Source of the DNA: Candidatus Eiseniibacteriota bacterium
GTDB taxonomy: Bacteria; Arandabacterota; Arandabacteria; Arandabacterales; Arandabacteraceae
Direction of reading: 5' to 3'
Length of the DNA stretch: 11,366 nucleotides
Assembly: GCA_043810925.1 (NCBI GenBank)
Contig: JBDRNT010000183.1
Coordinates: 1-11,366, forward strand
In this document: one piece after another, positions 1 through 5,856 of the stretch
Position numbering within the stretch: the first letter of the stretch is position 1
Layout of the letters: each line of letters begins with the position of its first letter
Position numbers and translations under genes: made by a program
Notes under the pieces: generated by a model
What the model saw: the letters and a program-made list of their open reading frames with translations, nothing else
Database searches by the model: none
What the model was told of the DNA's origin: nothing

Positions 1-1
1 G

Positions 2-1198
2 GACATTGAAATGGGGGACGAGAACGATCCATTCGGACTTACCATCTATGGCTACTTGCGAGCAAATGTTGAGCAGGTATTCGCCATTCCGAGTGTTGGT
101 TCCTCCGGAGAAACACAGAAAAACAGCGATCCGATGGAATGGGCTGACCCCGCGGTCCATCTCTACGGAAAATCAAGGCTGACCGATAATATCGATATCC
201 TCTTCATTCTTCACGGCAATGGAGAAGGCATCCGTGTTGGAAGCGCCTGGGGCAACTTGAGGGTCGCCGATGAACTTCAGTTCAAAGTGGGTACACAGTA
301 CAGGCGGTTTGGTCTCTTCAACGAGAAGCTGGACGAGCTCCCGGCATTTGTGGGCATCGAGCCACCTGAACTCTTTGATAATGACCACCTGATGTTGCCA
401 CGGCTGACCATGTTTACGATCCACGGCACTACCGAGATCGGGAATGGCTCTCTCCTCTATTCGCTCGATACCGATAATGGTGAAGGCGGAGCTCAACATG
501 GTGTCCATCCCTTTGGCGCAGATATTCGCTACAAGACAGATGTCCTGATTGTGGGGCTTTCAGGTTACCTGTCGACATTGGGAGACGGACGAACCGAATC
601 CACTGTGGCGGTGGGAGATGGGTCTCCCAGAGGAGGCGTTATGCCTTGGATGAGTGGAGACAAGTACCATGTCTTCGGTGGTTTCATTGAAACGACCTGG
701 AGACGATTCATTCTGCAGACAGCCTATTGGATGGGTGATCATAACGCGAAGCGCGACCCGGATGATGTCCTGACTGTGGTCAGAAACGCAGGCATAAGTA
801 CGCTGCAACGGGAAAGATTCCTCGGTGCCAACGCCTCAAAGGCGGACAGCATGTTAACCGCAGACGATGTAGATGTTGACGTGGAGTATACAGCCAGGAC
901 GGCATATTTCCGACTGGGATACGTAATCCCTACGAGACTAGGTTCTGTCATTCCTTATGCTCATTGGGACTGGATGTATCATCCGGAGTCGATCCAAAGC
1001 AAGACCTACGGCGGAGACAATGAGACTGGGTTTGCCGATGATGGTGAATTCACAAAATACTCTGCCGGCGTAGTCTACAAGCCTGCTTCAGGCGTGGCGA
1101 TCAAGATTGACGCGAGCCAGCATTCCCAGAAGTTCAATGGTGAAATGGAAGCCTACCCAGAGATACGGGTGGATTTCTCATATTCCTTCAAGATGTGA
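2..1198 (+). CDS. Outer-membrane beta-barrel / porin-like protein, 5'-truncated by the window edge
   Basis: Frame is open from the window edge (gac att gaa atg), and no signal peptide follows ATG 11, so the gene probably starts upstream. Amphipathic aromatic-rich strands (LTIYGYLR, LQFKVGTQYRRFGLFNE, YSAGVVYKP, VAIKIDAS) and a C-terminal strand IRVDFSYSF(KM) resemble a barrel beta-signal. Lies directly upstream of a YfiR-family gene. Confidence 0.7.
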   Translation, partial: DIEMGDENDPFGLTIYGYLRANVEQVFAIPSVGSSGETQKNSDPMEWADPAVHLYGKSRLTDNIDILFILHGNGEGIRVGSAWGNLRVADELQFKVGTQYRRFGLFNEKLDELPAFVGIEPPELFDNDHLMLPRLTMFTIHGTTEIGNGSLLYSLDTDNGEGGAQHGVHPFGADIRYKTDVLIVGLSGYLSTLGDGRTESTVAVGDGSPRGGVMPWMSGDKYHVFGGFIETTWRRFILQTAYWMGDHNAKRDPDDVLTVVRNAGISTLQRERFLGANASKADSMLTADDVDVDVEYTARTAYFRLGYVIPTRLGSVIPYAHWDWMYHPESIQSKTYGGDNETGFADDGEFTKYSAGVVYKPASGVAIKIDASQHSQKFNGEMEAYPEIRVDFSYSFKM

Positions 1199-1333
1199 TC
1201 ACGGATGGCTATCAACGGGCCAGGATATCGCACGAAGTACGCTATGCACGATCCAAAGTAGAGATGCATGGACTCAAAAGAGAAACACAAACAGGCCGGC
1301 TATTGTAGAACAGGAAATGCCGTTATCTTGCCG

Positions 1334-1909
1334 ATGACCGTAGCGAGACGCGTTGTTTCCGCCATTACGCTTGCCTTGTTGGTAAATTTGGTGTGTGGTA
1401 CTGCAGTCTTTGCGCAGTCAGCCTCACAAGAGTACGGGATCAAGGCAGCTTTCCTTTTCAATTTCGCCAAATTCGCCACCTGGCCAGAGGACACGTTTGA
1501 GAGCGACACAGACTCCTTTGTTATTGCCGTCGTCGGGAAGAACCCATTCGGCAACAATCTTGCACAGACTTTGACGGTTAAGGATAGAAAAATCCAAGTC
1601 AAAGAAATGGTAGCTGTTGACACAAAAGCCAGGATCAATGCCCTCAAGAATTGCCATCTTGTCTATGTTAGTCCCTCCGAAAAGGACAACGTGGACAGCA
1701 TTCTAGCACTGCTAAGAGAGCTTCCGATCCTGACGGTCAGTGACGTGAAGGGTTTCTCGACGAGAGGCGGAATGATCGAGCTTGTAACAGTCGGCAAGAG
1801 AATCAGGTTTGACGTCAATATGAAGCCCGCAAGAGCATCGGGCGTAGAGCTGAGTTCGAAACTTTTGAGGCTGGCAAGAACGGTGACGGACGAAAAGCAG
1901 AAAGAATAG
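1334..1909 (+). CDS. yfiR: YfiR/HmsC family (DUF4154) periplasmic protein
   Basis: Family motifs EYGIKAAFLFNFAKFATWP, IAVVGKNPFG, CHLVYVS, PILTVSD, GGMIEL, IRFDVN, GVELSSKLLRLA. Sec signal peptide MTVARRVV...AVFA|Q if started at ATG 1334. Start is uncertain (alternatives ATG 1268, TTG 1328). Confidence 0.9.
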   Translation: MTVARRVVSAITLALLVNLVCGTAVFAQSASQEYGIKAAFLFNFAKFATWPEDTFESDTDSFVIAVVGKNPFGNNLAQTLTVKDRKIQVKEMVAVDTKARINALKNCHLVYVSPSEKDNVDSILALLRELPILTVSDVKGFSTRGGMIELVTVGKRIRFDVNMKPARASGVELSSKLLRLARTVTDEKQKE

Positions 1910-2019
1910 AGAAATCTCGTGCAATCCCTGAAGGATTCTACCTGACCCCGATACTGATACCATCTTTCCATACAGATTTACGGGTGCTGGACCCAAGCCT
2001 CTCTCGTCGGATCCGCCGT

Positions 2020-2475
2020 TCAGGCTTGCCTGCGAAGGATTGCGTTGATCGCTTGATCCAGCTGCTGGAGGAAGTGGGAACGATCTCGTTTGGCGAAAGG
2101 TGATGGACCGCCCTTGACCTCACCCGCATCACGCAGATCGGCGAGCAGATCGCGAGTGGCCAGCGCCGGGCCGATATTGTCGTTTGTGAAGGGTTTGCCC
2201 TTGAGCCCGAGCACGTAAGCCCCTTTTTCAAGCGATCGAGCCGCGAGAGGTACGTCCCCTGTGATCACGATGTCGTCAGCCTCTACGTGCTCGACGATCC
2301 AGTCATCGGCGGCGTCCAGGCCTTCTCCAACGACCTCGAGGGCCAGTCTGTCGTTATGCGGGATCCGCATCCATGACGCCGCAACCAGAGTTACGTTCAG
2401 GCGATAACGTTCGGCCACTCTATAGATTTCTTGTTTTACGGGACAAGCATCCGCATCTACGAAAATATGCAGCAA
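2020..2475 (-). CDS. yaiI: YaiI/YqxD family protein (UPF0178/DUF188, PIN-like fold)
   Basis: Motifs IFVDADACPVK, DAADDWI, DIVITGDVPLA, G..FT..NI, GGPSPF..RDRS.F. Probable TTG start at 2475 (151 aa) with GGAGAGAGG 7 nt upstream. The ORF-track extension to 2637 runs through a non-coding inverted repeat. Confidence 0.92.
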   Translation of the reverse strand: MLHIFVDADACPVKQEIYRVAERYRLNVTLVAASWMRIPHNDRLALEVVGEGLDAADDWIVEHVEADDIVITGDVPLAARSLEKGAYVLGLKGKPFTNDNIGPALATRDLLADLRDAGEVKGGPSPFAKRDRSHFLQQLDQAINAILRRQA

Positions 2476-2539
2476 CCGGCAACCTCTCTCCATTGCCTGG
2501 ATAATACCCCGTTCATGAACACAATTCAACTCACGGTCA

Positions 2540-2629
2540 TAATTCGGTGACAGTATGCTGATTACCGTGTCGCCGTAGGACAGGTGGAGCCTGGGCCGGT
2601 CCGGTAATGAGTAAACTGTCACCGAATTA
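2540..2629. repeat. 90-bp intergenic element with 28-bp terminal inverted repeats (MITE/REP-like)
   Basis: Left arm 2540-2567 TAATTCGGTGACAGTATGCTGATTACCG versus reverse complement of right arm 2602-2629 TAATTCGGTGACAGTTTACTCATTACCG: 25/28 identical, outer 15 bp perfect. The 34-bp spacer contains a mini-hairpin CAGG-TGGAG-CCTG (2581-2593). Confidence 0.85.
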
Positions 2630-2638
2630 AGTACCACT

Positions 2639-2667
2639 TTGATTTGTCACCCGGATTCCTTTACAAT
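2639..2667 (+). promoter_or_regulatory. Putative sigma70 promoter for the 559-aa gene
   Basis: TTGATT (2639-2644), 17 bp, TACAAT (2662-2667), followed by an AAGGGG RBS and ATG 2696. Confidence 0.55.
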
Positions 2668-2695
2668 TGGCAGCCTACGGACAAGGGGAATCTGA

Positions 2696-4375
2696 ATGGC
2701 AAGGAAAGCATCCGGCATCTTAAAGCAACTCGAGAGACTGAGAGACAACTACGGTGCTGACGCTGCCCGGCGCAAACTGGAATTGCTGCCGGCACTGGGC
2801 AAGTCCTCGCTGTCGAGTGCAGAAGAGGTCTCGCGGCTTCATGAAATCCTGTGTCTCCTCCGGGCCTATCCGGACAGCCGTGAAGTGCTCACTCAAGTTG
2901 AACTCATGCTCAAGAGCTTCGCCAACCGGAAGGACCTCCGGACTCATCGTAAGGCGCTTGAGAGTAGCGGCATTGCCGGGACAGCGATCCACTTCGCGTT
3001 TTACTGGTTCACCGCCTGCTGGCTGGCGCGACGCTGGCCCGATCGCATTTCCATCGACTGGGCAACCTTCGACAAGAAGAACGAGCTCCTGGAAATCCTC
3101 CCGTTACTCGTACCTTACTCGGAAACGCCCGCTCTGGATGAGCTGAGTCTCTCTCCCCGGGAGTGGATCGAACGGTTAAAGGGACCGGGGGAGACCGATG
3201 CGTGTTTCCTGATCCGCCGGTTCAAGGCACTCGCTGCGAATTCGTTCGGGCGCGAGCTATCTTACGAGCGGCTGGACATACCGATCCGGCTCAAGCCGGG
3301 CCCCGATACTCCCAGCCGTACCCTTGCGCGCTATCCCGGAAGCCCGGTCGTCTTTCAGACGAAACCTCTCTCTAAGATCCGCGCAACATTTCGAGATGAG
3401 ATTCGCCGCGCCCCGGTCCGTGTACGGGAAGTGCCGGTGAGGGAAGGGCGGAGACTGATTGATCTGGCCCGTGGAGCGATGATCACCCGCAGTCGTGACC
3501 TTGATGCTTTCGAGCACGCGTCTGAGAAGGATGTGAGGCTTGTCAGTTGTGACCGGGGACTTCAGTTCGCCTGCATCGGAGTCGTCCCCGAGCGCCGGCT
3601 GATGTTCGAGTCGGTGTACGGATTCCTGACCTTGAAGAACGGGGTTCCAATCGGCTATGTGCTTGCCGGGTCACTCTATCACTCCACAGAATCTGCCTTT
3701 AACATGTTTGAGACGGTCCGTGGTGCTGAGTCCGGTATGATCTATAGCAGGGTACTTGCCATGATGGGGCGTCTCTTCGGGAGCGACAGTTTCGTTGTTC
3801 CGCCCTACCAGCTGGGTCATAACAATCCGGAAGCACTTGAGTCGGGTGCGTGGTGGTTCTACTACAAACTCGGGTTTCGTCCCCGCGATCCCGATGTACG
3901 TCGCATCCTGCGTGGCGAGCTTAAGAAGATAAGAGAAGACCCGCGTCATCGCACAAACGTGACCACGCTCAACAATCTCGCGGCCGAGAACATGTTTCTT
4001 GACCTCGGCCACCCGCGGCGACACACGGTGGCTGAGATGTCACCGGGAGACATAGGCTCTAAGATCACGCGCACACTCGCAGACCGCTTTGGCGCCGATC
4101 GTGAGAAGGGGGTAAGAACGTGTTCGCAAGATGCGGCCCGGTCACTGGGCCTACGTTCCTTTGGCAGCTTCTCAGCCGGAGAGAAGATTGCGTGGGAGCG
4201 CTGGAGCCCCCTGGTAGTGTTGGTGGACGGCATCAAGCACTGGAGCAAGACGGACAAGCGTGCGCTCATAGAGGTCATACGGGCCAAGGGGGGGCAGCGC
4301 GAATCCCGCTTTGTGGAGCTCTTCAACAAGCACCGCCGTCTGCAAAACGCCATCCTGAGGTTGTCAGCCGACTGA
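2696..4375 (+). CDS. Hypothetical cytoplasmic protein (559 aa) with a putative GNAT-like acyltransferase segment
   Basis: Long GC-rich ORF with RBS and promoter-like elements, no signal peptide. aa ~305-396 follow GNAT order and end in NPEA...WFYYKLGF. No family recognised for the whole protein. Confidence 0.8.
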   Translation: MARKASGILKQLERLRDNYGADAARRKLELLPALGKSSLSSAEEVSRLHEILCLLRAYPDSREVLTQVELMLKSFANRKDLRTHRKALESSGIAGTAIHFAFYWFTACWLARRWPDRISIDWATFDKKNELLEILPLLVPYSETPALDELSLSPREWIERLKGPGETDACFLIRRFKALAANSFGRELSYERLDIPIRLKPGPDTPSRTLARYPGSPVVFQTKPLSKIRATFRDEIRRAPVRVREVPVREGRRLIDLARGAMITRSRDLDAFEHASEKDVRLVSCDRGLQFACIGVVPERRLMFESVYGFLTLKNGVPIGYVLAGSLYHSTESAFNMFETVRGAESGMIYSRVLAMMGRLFGSDSFVVPPYQLGHNNPEALESGAWWFYYKLGFRPRDPDVRRILRGELKKIREDPRHRTNVTTLNNLAAENMFLDLGHPRRHTVAEMSPGDIGSKITRTLADRFGADREKGVRTCSQDAARSLGLRSFGSFSAGEKIAWERWSPLVVLVDGIKHWSKTDKRALIEVIRAKGGQRESRFVELFNKHRRLQNAILRLSAD

Positions 4376-4412
4376 AAGGCACGTTCCCACCGGGCGTAGA
4401 AAGTGAATCGGG

Positions 4413-4441
4413 TTGCCGGTCCGGGCCAAATTCGGTATAGT
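4413..4441 (+). promoter_or_regulatory. Putative sigma70 promoter for the serpin gene
   Basis: TTGCCG (4413-4418), 17 bp, TATAGT (4436-4441). Strong RBS AAGGAGG at 4457-4463 before ATG 4470. Confidence 0.6.
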
Positions 4442-4469
4442 ATGAGCGAATTCACAAAGGAGGCGCATT

Positions 4470-5708
4470 ATGTGTAGAGGCATACGGCTACTGCTGCCGA
4501 TTTGCATTCTTGTGAGTATCGTTCATTGCGCCGACAACTCTGTTGAATCCGTCCCTGAGGAACCACGTCAACTGACCGCGTCGGAGCAGGAGCTTGTCCA
4601 GGCCTTCAACAAGTTCGGGCTCGACCTCTTCAGGGAGATCATTCTCCTGGAGAAGGACATGAATGTATTCATATCCCCTCTGAGTGTCTCCATGTCGCTC
4701 GGAATGGCCCTTAACGGTGCAGCAGGTGCAACTCAGGAAGCTATGAAGACAACACTTGCGTTCTCTGACATGACGATGGAGGACGTGAATGAATCCTACC
4801 AGTCCTTGATAGGGTTGCTGAGCGGACTGGATCCTGAGGTCCGCTGGCAGCTCGCGAACTCGATCTGGTTTCGTGATGCCATAGAGTTTGAACACGAGTT
4901 TTTCGACGCGTGCAGCACATACTTCGATGCAACGGTCCGGGGGCTTGATTTCAACGATCCCGATGCTGCGGACACAATAAACAACTGGGTGAAAGAAAAC
5001 ACCAACGATAGGATAACCGAGATTGTTGACAAGCCAGTAGATCCCATGATGGTGATGTTCCTGATCAACGCAATCTACTTCAAGGGCACCTGGGTCTGTC
5101 AGTTCGATCCTGAACGCACTCTGGAAGATTTGTTCTACCTGCCCGACGGCTCCACTCTGCCTTGCATGATGATGGCTCAGGAGGAGTCACACTGTTACGA
5201 ATACCTGAGTAACTCCCGGTTCGAAGCGCTCGACCTACCCTATGGGAACGGCCTCTTCAGTATGACCATCATCCTGCCCGGCGAAGGGGTCACGGTTAAC
5301 GAAGTGATTGGACAACTGAGTGCGGAGACATGGCAGCAGTGGATGGATGGCCTTCACAACTGGACGGGCATGGCACTTATTCCTCGATTCGAACTCGAAT
5401 ACGATCTAAATCTTGGGAGTGTTCTCTCCGGTCTAGGAATGGAAATCGCGTTCGACCCCTTGAACGCGGACTTCACCGGGATGTTCAGCCCGGGTGGTAT
5501 CTTCATCAGTGAGGTCAAGCATAAGACGTTCGTCAAGGTGAATGAGGAAGGCACTGAGGCCGCCGCAGTCACTTCAACGGGCGCCGGCACATCATCGGGC
5601 CCGCCGGTTTTCTATGCTCGGAGACCCTTTGTTTTTGCCATCCGGGAAAAGCACTCGAATACGATCCTCTTCATAGGGAAAATCGTCGATCCCGGCTTCG
5701 ACCCCTAG
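4470..5708 (+). CDS. Serpin family serine protease inhibitor, probable lipoprotein
   Basis: Serpin motifs NVFISPLS, LANSIW, INNWVKENT..I, LINAIYFKGTW..FDP..T, LDLPYG, MTIILP, IPRFELEYDL, HKTFVKVNEEGTEAAAVT (inhibitory hinge), RPFVFAIRE...ILFIGKI.DP. N-terminal hydrophobic stretch ends in Cys20. Confidence 0.96.
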   Translation: MCRGIRLLLPICILVSIVHCADNSVESVPEEPRQLTASEQELVQAFNKFGLDLFREIILLEKDMNVFISPLSVSMSLGMALNGAAGATQEAMKTTLAFSDMTMEDVNESYQSLIGLLSGLDPEVRWQLANSIWFRDAIEFEHEFFDACSTYFDATVRGLDFNDPDAADTINNWVKENTNDRITEIVDKPVDPMMVMFLINAIYFKGTWVCQFDPERTLEDLFYLPDGSTLPCMMMAQEESHCYEYLSNSRFEALDLPYGNGLFSMTIILPGEGVTVNEVIGQLSAETWQQWMDGLHNWTGMALIPRFELEYDLNLGSVLSGLGMEIAFDPLNADFTGMFSPGGIFISEVKHKTFVKVNEEGTEAAAVTSTGAGTSSGPPVFYARRPFVFAIREKHSNTILFIGKIVDPGFDP

Positions 5709-5727
5709 AATGCTTGACCTGACCTCC

Positions 5728-5762
5728 TGAAACGAGACCAGTATCTGACTCAGAGATCTGGT
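5728..5762 (+). repeat. Direct repeat copy A (35 bp, internally palindromic), upstream of the TBDR gene
   Basis: TGAAACGAGACCAGTATCTGACTCAGAGATCTGGT, 30/35 identical to 7924-7958. Confidence 0.85.
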
Positions 5763-5856
5763 GTACGGGGGAAAGACCAAGTAATCCGCCTAAACCAGCT
5801 CATCAATAATGCCGAATCACTTGTGTAAGCGTCGGAGGAGAATACAGGGGGTCGTC

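Noticed and set aside
2476-2637. N-terminal extension of the yaiI ORF (205 aa in the ORF track)
   Set aside because: It runs through the 90-bp inverted-repeat element. Family similarity starts at LHIFVDADACP and there is a good RBS before TTG 2475.
5709-5808. Integron attC site or CRISPR repeat interpretation of the direct repeats
   Set aside because: No RYYYAAC...GTTRRRY ends. Only two clear copies 2.2 kb apart, with no spacer array, cas or intI gene.
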